Positions 9,532-18,700 of a stretch of 64,000 nucleotides of DNA are shown in pieces. The number at the start of each line of letters is the position of its first letter. The first letter of the stretch is position 1. A program made the position numbers and the translations under genes. The notes beneath the pieces were generated by a model. The model had not been told where the DNA came from, did no database searches, and worked only from the letters and a program-made list of their open reading frames with translations. Source of the DNA: Bacteriovoracaceae bacterium (lineage in GTDB: Bacteria > Bdellovibrionota > Bacteriovoracia > Bacteriovoracales > Bacteriovoracaceae); the NCBI GenBank assembly GCA_013141065.1, contig JABFRR010000003.1, positions 252,415-316,414 of the forward strand, read 5' to 3'.

Positions 9532-10161
9532 TTATCCCTTGCTACTTTTAATGAGGCGTTTTTTTTCTTTTCTCATTTTTTGAATTTTAGCGATTAGCCC
9601 AATCGAATACTCCACAGCAGAGTATAGCGAAAAGAGTGAAGCTAGATAAATGGCAATTGTGCCTAATAAAGGCATATTGATTCCCCAAGGGACATCGTCG
9701 GCCATTAGTAAGGGAATCCCCACCATTTGAGTTGCCGTTTTCCATTTTCCAAGTGCACCAACTGGAACACTTATGCCTTTTTCCATGGCCAGTAGTCTTA
9801 GAGCAGTAATATACATTTCTCTGAGCACTAAAATGAGCACTACAAGTACGTGAACTCGATCCATTGCTTGAAGCATGATCAATGCACTGATAACGAGAAA
9901 TTTATCGGCGATTGGATCTAAAAATGATCCAAAAATTGTGACAATATTTTTTTTTCTGGCAATAAAGCCATCGAGAAAATCGGTGATAGATGCGGCTACG
10001 AAAGTCCAGGCTGCAATATAGTTGAGTAATACTGTGTGCGCTCCTGCCCATTCATATTTTTGGTTCACACTAAACAAAGAAAAAATAATTATAGGAATCA
10101 AAATCACTCGAAACATCGTCAAGCGATTCGGAAGATTGTCAATTTCCCATTCATTATTCAT
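9532..10161 (-). CDS. pgsA: CDP-diacylglycerol-glycerol-3-phosphate 3-phosphatidyltransferase
   Basis: LPNRLTMFRV, TDFLDGFIAR...FGSFLDPIADK, GKWKT. Confidence 0.92.
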   Translation of the reverse strand: MNNEWEIDNLPNRLTMFRVILIPIIIFSLFSVNQKYEWAGAHTVLLNYIAAWTFVAASITDFLDGFIARKKNIVTIFGSFLDPIADKFLVISALIMLQAMDRVHVLVVLILVLREMYITALRLLAMEKGISVPVGALGKWKTATQMVGIPLLMADDVPWGINMPLLGTIAIYLASLFSLYSAVEYSIGLIAKIQKMRKEKKRLIKSSKG

Positions 10162-10231
10162 TTTTTTCCTTCTTATATATATTGCCATCTTATTTTAACC
10201 TAAGAGTAGTAAAGCTTACTAGGAGAAAAAA

Positions 10232-10954
10232 TTGGAAAGGCACCTTAGTTTAATTAAAACCGACTTTAAAGAACTCGAAAAAAGAGTTTTCCCGAGATTC
10301 CCCTTCGGATTCATGATGTTTAAGGATGGTAATTCATCAAAGATGGTCTATGAAGTCAAAGATATTTCACTTACCGGGATGCAGTTATGTTTTCGCGATG
10401 GGACTCACCAATATAAAATTGGTTCAATCATTGAAGGTGAACTTCATTGGCGTGGGTCAAACATGAAAGTAAAAGCGAAGATTCAATGGGTAAGGGAAGC
10501 CGCTTTAGGAATATCTTTTGACACATCGATTAGTTTTGAAGAAAAAATGAGATCTTTTCTTTCATTTGAAAACATTGTTGCGCATATTAAACCTCTTCAT
10601 AAAGCTGAATTGGCAATCGAGCTTCCTAATAATCTAAAATATTGGCTCAAAGCTGACGGTGTTTTGGATTTATTTGTGTGGGAGCATACCTCTCAGGGTG
10701 TTTCTCGCTTTCAAATTCTCATAATGGAACAATTCATTGAATGGGAAGAAGGAATCGGCCTTAAGACGGGAAAATTAATTACTCAACGCGACCTTGAAAC
10801 TCCTTTGTCGTTAGAAGATGAATTTACATTTCAAATTGATGAGAGTGTGAACACGGAAAAAGTCGAGATGGCTTTAGGCGTTGTAAGGAAAATTTCACAA
10901 GACCATTTGCCTTTAGAGGCGCGTGAATTCTTGATATACAAACTTGGTGGATAA
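10232..10954 (+). CDS. PilZ-domain protein
   Basis: RVFPRFP ... VKDISLTGM (RxxxR, DxSxxG); ALGISF. Confidence 0.75.
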   Translation: MERHLSLIKTDFKELEKRVFPRFPFGFMMFKDGNSSKMVYEVKDISLTGMQLCFRDGTHQYKIGSIIEGELHWRGSNMKVKAKIQWVREAALGISFDTSISFEEKMRSFLSFENIVAHIKPLHKAELAIELPNNLKYWLKADGVLDLFVWEHTSQGVSRFQILIMEQFIEWEEGIGLKTGKLITQRDLETPLSLEDEFTFQIDESVNTEKVEMALGVVRKISQDHLPLEAREFLIYKLGG

Positions 10955-10957
10955 AAC

Positions 10958-10986
10958 TTTTCACTCCCTTTGTTCCCCTCTATAAT
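10958..10986 (+). promoter_or_regulatory. sigma70-like promoter for glpX operon
   Basis: TTTTCA-N17-TATAAT ending 37 nt before the ATG. Confidence 0.45.
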
Positions 10987-11022
10987 CAATTTGATTAATT
11001 CAAATTGAATGGAGTTTTCCCA

Positions 11023-11976
11023 ATGAATAGAAACTTAGCACTCGAATTTGTACGTGTAACAGAAATGGCTGCAATCGCTTCTGCCCGTTTGATGGGGCGT
11101 GGAGATGAAAAAGCTGCTGATCAAGCGGCCGTAGATGCCATGAGGGCCATGTTAGATTCTGTCGATTGTGATGCAACAGTTGTCATTGGTGAAGGCGAAA
11201 GAGACGAAGCTCCAATGCTTTATATTGGTGAAAAAGTTGGTTCCGGAAAAGGCCCAGAACTTGAAATTGCTCTTGATCCTCTTGAAGGGACAACCGTTTG
11301 TGCGACTGGTGGTTATAATTCCATTTCAGTTATGGCGATTGCTGAAAAAGGAAATTTTCTTCATGCTCCTGATACTTACATGCAAAAAATTGCGGTAGGT
11401 CGCGAAGGAAGAGGGCTGATAGATATAAATGAATCTGCAAAAGAAAATTTAAGAAGACTGGCAGAAGCAAAAAAATGTCGTATTGCCGATTTGACTGCTG
11501 TGGTTTTGGATAGACCTCGACATAAAGAACTCATTTTTGAAATTAGAGAGGCTGGTGCGCGAATTCAACTCATTGGAGACGGTGATGTGTCTGCTGCGAT
11601 CGCATGCTGTGAACCGAACTCTGGAGTTGATATTTTATTTGGTATTGGGGGAGCACCTGAAGGTGTCCTTGCAGCTGCTGCACTAAGATGTATGGGAGGA
11701 GACTTCCAAGGGATTTTAAAACCGCGCAATGAAGAAGAAATTATTCGTGCTAGAAAAATGGGAATTGCTGATATTAAAAAAGTTTTCAAACTCGATGACC
11801 TGGCCCGTGGAAATGTAATGTTTGTCGCCACTGGAGTGACTACGGGAAATTTTCTTAATGGAGTTAAATTTAAATCTTGGGGAGCTGTGACTCATTCAAT
11901 AGTGATGCGCTCAAGTTCTGGTACTGTCAGACATATTGAAGCTGAACATCACTTTGATACTAAACCTCGATATTAA
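11023..11976 (+). CDS. glpX: class II fructose-1,6-bisphosphatase
   Basis: MNRNLALEFVRVTE, VIGEGERDEAPML, DPLEGT, GIGGAPEGV; GGAG RBS before 11023. Confidence 0.95.
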   Translation: MNRNLALEFVRVTEMAAIASARLMGRGDEKAADQAAVDAMRAMLDSVDCDATVVIGEGERDEAPMLYIGEKVGSGKGPELEIALDPLEGTTVCATGGYNSISVMAIAEKGNFLHAPDTYMQKIAVGREGRGLIDINESAKENLRRLAEAKKCRIADLTAVVLDRPRHKELIFEIREAGARIQLIGDGDVSAAIACCEPNSGVDILFGIGGAPEGVLAAAALRCMGGDFQGILKPRNEEEIIRARKMGIADIKKVFKLDDLARGNVMFVATGVTTGNFLNGVKFKSWGAVTHSIVMRSSSGTVRHIEAEHHFDTKPRY

Positions 11977-12027
11977 GTGAAAAAATTATTTTTATTTTTA
12001 TTCATAGTATTTTACGGAGAATTGACA

Positions 12028-12453
12028 ATGGCCAATGCAACTAGAACTGAAACTTTCGATGTAGATATAAACAAGCTTTATGACGTCATCGTTGATTATG
12101 CTCGTTACCCGGAATTTGTAGATGGGGTCAGTACCACTAAAGTTCTCAGTCAAAATGAGACACATGCCAAAGTAGAATATTCAGTAAATATGATAAAGAG
12201 TTTTAAGTATATTCTCTCTACCACTCAGCAACGTCCTAATAAAATTTCATGGGTATTGGACTCAGGGGATCTCTTTAAGAAAAATGATGGGAGTTGGACA
12301 TTAAAAGATTTAGGAAATGGTAAAACTGAAGTCACGTATGCATTAGAAGTTGATTTTAAAATGTTTGCACCGAATGCAATTTTAACGGCCCTTACTGAAA
12401 AAAATCTACCAGTCATGATGCAGTCATTTTTAAAAAGAGCAAAAGCTAAATAA
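12028..12453 (+). CDS. SRPBCC/START (RatA-like) protein
   Basis: DYARYPEFV, GSWTL.DLG.GKT.VTY.L.V pattern; GGAGA RBS supports start 12028. Confidence 0.75.
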   Translation: MANATRTETFDVDINKLYDVIVDYARYPEFVDGVSTTKVLSQNETHAKVEYSVNMIKSFKYILSTTQQRPNKISWVLDSGDLFKKNDGSWTLKDLGNGKTEVTYALEVDFKMFAPNAILTALTEKNLPVMMQSFLKRAKAK

Positions 12454-12476
12454 ATGAGCTAACAAAAGGAATAGTG

Positions 12477-12806
12477 ATGAGTGAAAAAGAAAATAAATCC
12501 TCTCCTATCGAAGGAATTATAAAAAAGGTAGTCTCGGTCGGTATTGGTGCAGCGTTTATGACAGAAGAATCTGTCAAAAAAATTCTCGAAGATCTACCTT
12601 TGCCTAAAGAAATTTTAAATGGCCTAGTTTCAAATGCTAAAGGTGCAAAAGAAGATTTTACCAATGGTATTCGTGAAGAAATAAAATCCTACCTCTCTAA
12701 AGTAGATGCGACTAAGATTGCGAGTGAGCTCTTAGAAAAGTACGATATAGAAGTTGAAGCAAAATTTAGATTCAAAAAGAAAGATCAAAGCCGTGCAAAA
12801 GAATGA
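12477..12806 (+). CDS. phasin-like hypothetical protein
   Basis: IIKKVVSVGIGAAFMTEE pattern; AAGGA RBS. Confidence 0.5.
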   Translation: MSEKENKSSPIEGIIKKVVSVGIGAAFMTEESVKKILEDLPLPKEILNGLVSNAKGAKEDFTNGIREEIKSYLSKVDATKIASELLEKYDIEVEAKFRFKKKDQSRAKE

Positions 12807-13476
12807 AATAGAAATAAGATTAAAAAAACTAAAAGCAGAACTTAAAAAAGTTGAGCTCATCGCAGTTAGTAAGTATTCTGAAATTGAAGATGTAGTGAGG
12901 GCCTACGAATGTGGTCAATTAAGTTTTGGTGAAAATCGAGTTTCTGATCTTGAAATAAAAGCTGAGTATTTTAAGAATAATAATTTAAACGATGTGAAGT
13001 GGCATTTCATCGGTCACCTTCAAAGCAATAAAGCACGTGAGCTATTAAAAATTCCTGGTCTCTATGCCATTCACTCGGTCGACTCACTCAGGCTTTTAGA
13101 AGAGTTGCTCAAAAAAGAGCACGAATTTAAGGGGTCAGAACTTAAAATATTTTTTCAAATCAATACTAGCCATGAAAATGAAAAATCCGGGTTTGAATCC
13201 ATGGATGAACTAAAAAAAGCAGTTCAATTACTTCTCACACGTACAGATTCTAAGTTAAAAATAGAAGGTTTAATGACAATGGGGGCGATTCGGACTGAAG
13301 ATGTTAAGGCTTCTGCGCTTAAATCTTTTAGAGATTTAAAGGCCATTAGAGAGCAACTATCGATTACTTTTGGTCTTAGTCACCTCAAACTATCCATGGG
13401 AATGAGTGGGGATTATAAAGAGGCCCTAGCTGAAGGTGCAGATTATATCCGTATAGGCTCTTTAATTTTTAAATAG
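12793..13476 (+). CDS. yggS: PLP homeostasis protein
   Basis: LIAVSK, FGENRV, WHFIGHLQSNK, GLMTMG, LSMGMSGDY...G...IRIGS.IF; start approximate. Confidence 0.92.
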   Translation: MQKNEIEIRLKKLKAELKKVELIAVSKYSEIEDVVRAYECGQLSFGENRVSDLEIKAEYFKNNNLNDVKWHFIGHLQSNKARELLKIPGLYAIHSVDSLRLLEELLKKEHEFKGSELKIFFQINTSHENEKSGFESMDELKKAVQLLLTRTDSKLKIEGLMTMGAIRTEDVKASALKSFRDLKAIREQLSITFGLSHLKLSMGMSGDYKEALAEGADYIRIGSLIFK

Positions 13477-13644
13477 TTCCATTTGTTCTATTGTAATATT
13501 TTCACAACTTAAGTTCCTTTTAGCCTCCAAGGCAATTAATTTGATATATCCAATTATTAGATAAGAAGGCTATGGGTTTTCTATGGGAAAAATGAGAAGA
13601 CATAGTGTTATAGTGCTCTAAATCAATTGAAACATGAGGTCGTT

Positions 13645-14592
13645 ATGAGTCAAAGAAAAGTGCCGGAATTAAGTTTGTTAAGTTATGTTCACGGAAGTGA
13701 AAATGATAAAAATAAATTTGTTGATAATATTTTCACTGGACTTAAAGATTACGGATTTATTATTTTAAAAGACCATACGATAGAGCAAAAAAAAATTGAT
13801 AAAGCCTACGCGCTGGTAAAAGAATTTTTTGATTTACCACTTGAAACAAAATTAAAATATCAAGGTAATAATGGTGGTCAACGTGGTTATACTCCTTTTA
13901 AAACTGAGCACGCAAAAAATAATAAGAACCCTGACTTAAAAGAGTTTTGGCATGTTGGTAGAGAACTTGTATCAACAAGTGCCTATAAAGGTGTTTACCC
14001 TGAAAATGTCTGGCCTGGGGAAGTCGCTGAACTTAAAAAAACATTTATTGAGTTATTTGAGGCCATGGACTCAACTTCTATTTTACTTCTTGAAACTATT
14101 GGTAAGGGTTTAGATTTGCCTCAGGATTATTTTACAAAAATGATACACGATGGAAATTCGATTATTCGTATGATTCATTATCCACCAACAAAAGGTGAAG
14201 ACACAAAAAACTCAGTCAGAGCTGCTGCTCATGAAGATATTAATCTTATCACTATGCTTGTTGGTGCAACTGATTCAGGCCTTCAGTTATTGGAGAGAGA
14301 TGGATCGTGGTTAGATGTTGAATCTCGACCAGGTGAAATCGTTGTCGATACAGGAGACATGATGTCGAGAATCACTAATAATTTATTACCTTCAACTACT
14401 CATAGAGTTATCAATCCAAGTGATGATGGCAGTGCTCGTTTTTCAATGCCATTTTTTGTCCACCCACATTCGAATGCAATGTTGAAATGTATTCCTTCAT
14501 GTGTAAATAATGGTGGCAGAGTTGCAGAAGATGATATTCGTGCTGGAGATTTTCTTAATCAAAGACTTAGAGAAATTGGACTTATAAAATAA
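13645..14592 (+). CDS. 2OG-Fe(II) oxygenase, isopenicillin N synthase family
   Basis: HYPP, AAAHEDINLIT (HxD), THRV, RFSMPFF. Confidence 0.9.
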   Translation: MSQRKVPELSLLSYVHGSENDKNKFVDNIFTGLKDYGFIILKDHTIEQKKIDKAYALVKEFFDLPLETKLKYQGNNGGQRGYTPFKTEHAKNNKNPDLKEFWHVGRELVSTSAYKGVYPENVWPGEVAELKKTFIELFEAMDSTSILLLETIGKGLDLPQDYFTKMIHDGNSIIRMIHYPPTKGEDTKNSVRAAAHEDINLITMLVGATDSGLQLLERDGSWLDVESRPGEIVVDTGDMMSRITNNLLPSTTHRVINPSDDGSARFSMPFFVHPHSNAMLKCIPSCVNNGGRVAEDDIRAGDFLNQRLREIGLIK

Positions 14593-15537
14593 TTAAAATC
14601 TCACACCAACACTGCCGCGAATTGTAAGGCTGTTGGTGGTTTGATTTGTTCCATCTAAGAATGTTTCAGATGTACTAACTGATTCAATACCTGATTCAAA
14701 AACCATCGAAAATGATTGGCTTATTTTAAGTAGGTAACCTATTCTGGCTTCGGGCAATATGATAACCCTACCGACAACATCTTCATTATCGATTGTCGTC
14801 GTTGATCGGCCAATACCTGCAGCAAGGGTAACGTAAAAATTATTTTTCAATGAAGCTGAATAATTGACAAAATGATAGGTGGTGGCCAAAAGCGCCATTG
14901 TTCTTCTAGTGGGAATATCGAGTTGAGGATCTTCTATTCGGTAGATTTCACTATCAATTCGTAGTCCGAGACTCATTTCAAACTCAGGAATGAATTTATA
15001 ATTGTAGTCAAAACTAAAATTATTTCCTGATCTGCCAGTATTTTTTTCATCTACGACTGATGAAGAAGATTGTGCTAGGCCTTTTGAGAGACTTGCCTTT
15101 AAAGTGAAAGTTGTAGGATTATTCACGACATTCATTCTTTCTTTGATTGTTAAATCTGGAACGAGTCCAGAGTCACCGGCCACTTCAAGCGCAACATTTC
15201 CATAAACAGTAGAGTTAATACTAATGATATCATTTTTATTAAAGGGTAAAGTGACATTCATGTCGAGCGGTGCCCACATCGAAAAATCTCTATTAACTTC
15301 AATTGCCCTGCAAACGATACTTACGTTATCATTAGCAAATATAATTTCCTGGCCTTTGAAAACACCATCTTTCATCCCCTTGGAGATAATTAATGAGCGT
15401 TGGTTTTTTGAAACCGTCTGAATAACTGTCAATTCTTCTTTTGCATGTAATTGCGAAGACAACTGTAAAGAGACTAAAAAACATAGGCTTAAGATTAGTT
15501 CTCTATAAATGGGCTTCTTCTTTTGAGTTAGTCTCAT
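14593..15537 (-). CDS. exported protein with probable C-terminal outer-membrane beta-barrel
   Basis: Signal peptide, amphipathic strands, terminal GVRF. Confidence 0.6.
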   Translation of the reverse strand: MRLTQKKKPIYRELILSLCFLVSLQLSSQLHAKEELTVIQTVSKNQRSLIISKGMKDGVFKGQEIIFANDNVSIVCRAIEVNRDFSMWAPLDMNVTLPFNKNDIISINSTVYGNVALEVAGDSGLVPDLTIKERMNVVNNPTTFTLKASLSKGLAQSSSSVVDEKNTGRSGNNFSFDYNYKFIPEFEMSLGLRIDSEIYRIEDPQLDIPTRRTMALLATTYHFVNYSASLKNNFYVTLAAGIGRSTTTIDNEDVVGRVIILPEARIGYLLKISQSFSMVFESGIESVSTSETFLDGTNQTTNSLTIRGSVGVRF

Positions 15538-15685
15538 AAGGTCATTTTAACACACTAAGTGCCAATAAAAAGACTCACTTTTTTGACCCCCCCTGTAAAA
15601 TGCCCACCCGAAACGCTCTGATATTGCAAGTCTTTTTCTCAATAGTGCAATTAGTAACCGACAATGGAACTAGGAGATAAAATAG

Positions 15686-15712
15686 TAAAGATCGCTATGT
15701 ATAGTTCGATAA
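15686..15712 (+). promoter_or_regulatory. sigma28 (FliA)-type promoter of the giant lipoprotein
   Basis: TAAA-N15-TTCGATAA (consensus TAAA-N15-GCCGATAA), ending 34 nt before the ATG. Confidence 0.65.
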
Positions 15713-15745
15713 GATTTAGAAATAGAATTGAGGAGTATAGGCCCA

Positions 15746-18700
15746 ATGTTTTTTCTTAAGTCCTTATTTACTACAGTGACATTTTCAGCATTACTTTTTG
15801 CTGTTAGTAGTTGCGTTCCCAAAGCGACCGAGAAAAAAGCTAATTGTGGTGTTAATCAATCTTTTAATGCTTCAACTCGTTCTTGTGTTTCTGTCAGTGA
15901 GTTGAGAAAAAAACCAGTAGGAACAAAAACTTCTGCAACCATGACCGAAGAGGTTCCACTTAAAGTTGAACTCACTTATACCGATGGCAATAATAATTCG
16001 GCCATCGCGTGCTCGGTTACACCTGGAAGCTCTAATCTTGAAATTATTTCCCCAGCACTTTTTAATTCAAACTTTTTTAATGAAATCGATGCTTATTACG
16101 GTTCAGTAATATTATTGGCAAGTTATATTCCTTTTCCTGATTTTGTCGCAGGAGATGCTTATAAGCTTGCGATGACTAATGCGCGAACAAGTTTAATAGC
16201 TGCTCTTAACCATGCAAATGTTCTGACTCAAGCTGATATCATTGTCGCACGGGCCGACGACATAATTACCCTTGCTGGTGCTCATACAGGTCTTGCCAGT
16301 GTGGCAGGAATGCTTACACAAACAACTGCGAGAAGAACGACTTTCATTAATTACTATGATCAATTTAAAAATCGTTGTGAATGTTTATCTGGAACTTGCC
16401 ATACTATTTTAATTCCGAAGCAAAACCAATTTGGTGCCGCTAATTTTAGTTACACAATTAGCGATCTAGATGGTGAAAGTGAAGAACGAGCAGTAAGTGT
16501 GTCTATAACGGCTCGCTCAAGAGCGACCACAACACATTTAAAGCCTGTTGCAAGATCAGGTAGTGCAAGTGGAGCAGAAAGTAATACGGCCACACCTATA
16601 GGCTTTCCAGTCAATATTCCAGAAGCTGCAGATACTAATTATAATGCTGGAAGTTCAACAACATTTACCTATAGTTTTGATGGAACAATTGTTGGAAGTG
16701 GAATTGCTTCTTATGGACAAACACTATTTGGGAAATTAACTTCTTGTATGGGGCTATCAGGTTCGGCCACTAATGATAGAACATGTACCTACACTCCAAA
16801 TAATGGAGACACATTCGATACTATTATTTTTTCTCAAGCTAATGCAACAATCGGAACACTTACCTATACGGCCATTGCTAATGGATTAGTTGGAACAAAT
16901 GTATCAATACAATACTTCGATTTACGTTCAACAAATCCATCAATTGATGCTCCCAATGCAGATGTAAGTAAAATGTTGCCCTTTTCATTGGCATCCCTCG
17001 TGACAAATGAAAGTTTCATTAGAGTAGAGGGAAATGAAATTAAAGTTTTCATGCATCCTACTGTTACAAGTGCATTGGATATCGAAAATCTAATTAATAA
17101 TGATCCTCAGGCCAATCGACTTGTTTTAGTTTCAGGAGGCTTGCCGACAGATTTTCCTGATCCGGTTGTTGAAACTCTTTTACCTGTTAATTTAGCTGGT
17201 GGAACGGATGGATACGATTCTTTTTCTTTTAAGGCCAATAATACATTTGCTAATTCTGTGAATACATCAAAAATGACGATTAAAATTACTGGAACAAACG
17301 ATGCTCCAAGAGTTCCAGCAGAAATTGCTCAAGTTGTTCCCGATGTAACAATACTTGAAACGGCCGTCGGGCAAACAGCAATTTTTAATTTTCGAGATGT
17401 TGATAGTTTTGCAACTGCCTTTACCATTAATGCAGCACTAGATTCACTGGCCTGTACAACTGCCAGTGCCGCTCCTGCCTATGTGGCTTTAGTGACCAAT
17501 CCTATTCTCACAAATACACCACTCACTCTGGCCTTTGATCCATTGGCGCCTTCTGTACCGGTTTGTGATCTTGTAGGGGATTGCACATTCAATGTGACGT
17601 TAAGTAAAACACTTCCATTTCTTAGCAATGATTATGATAGAGAAGTTTGCTTGTATTATACTATTACTGACCTATCAGGGGCGACTTCCTCACTTGCACA
17701 AGCAGTAAAAATAAAAGTGACACCCATCAATGACGTCCCGGTCATTTCGGTATTGCCAAGTGCAGACTACGACGAAGACAGTGCAGGTTTTACAACCCTC
17801 ACAGTTGATAGTGGATCAATTCATCCTTTTGAGCTTGATCAAACCATGGATGTCACATTGTCGAGTTCTGTGCCGACGCTTATTCCGAACGTAGCATGTA
17901 AGGATTATACTGCTGCTACGACTGCTCCAACACCAACGGCCGTTGGACAATATTATTTAAACACAACTGGTACAGAATATAAGTGTTATGTTTCAACAGG
18001 AACAACTGTTACTGATTGGAAGTTATATCCTTCTTTAACGGCAATACCAGTTTGTCCTTATACACTACAAAGTAAAGGGCCTCCGACAGTAACACCAACT
18101 GCGGCAAACCTCCATCACCTCGATACCAAAAATAATATTTGTTATAAATCGAGTGCAGTGGGTGCCACATTTGTTTGGAGTAAAAATACAGAAATTTCTG
18201 AATATAAAATCGCCTCTGCTTCTTTGCCTGATATTTCAGGAAATTCGACAATCACAATTACTGTAAAAGACAGCGGTGGAGTGACTAACGGTGGAATTGA
18301 TACTGCGACAACAACTTTTGTGCAAACTGTTTTACCACTTAACGATGCTCCTTATATTTTAACTAAGTTTGCCTCCGTAGAAACCAACGAAGGAGGAGCA
18401 ATTCAATCTTCTGGCGTTGTCATAGATGAAGATTTTGCTGCCACTGCAGATGAAGATGTTCAAAATATTATTATCAAAGATATCACAACTGATAATACCA
18501 ATGTTTTACCTAAGTCATCTATTTCATTTTTCTTTGATGAAAATGATAATACAATTCGCGACGCTGCTGAAACACTTTATAATGCAGCTTCGTTACCTTC
18601 TGCTAATCTTGATTCTGATTCAACGAAAGATTTCAAACGTCACAAGTTGTATTTTAAATTAGATCCCGTGGATGGTATTTCAGGAAACGCAAACGTAACG

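Noticed and set aside
15545-15570. sigma54 promoter (TGGCAC) for the beta-barrel gene
   Set aside because: The -12 TTGC element is absent at the required spacing
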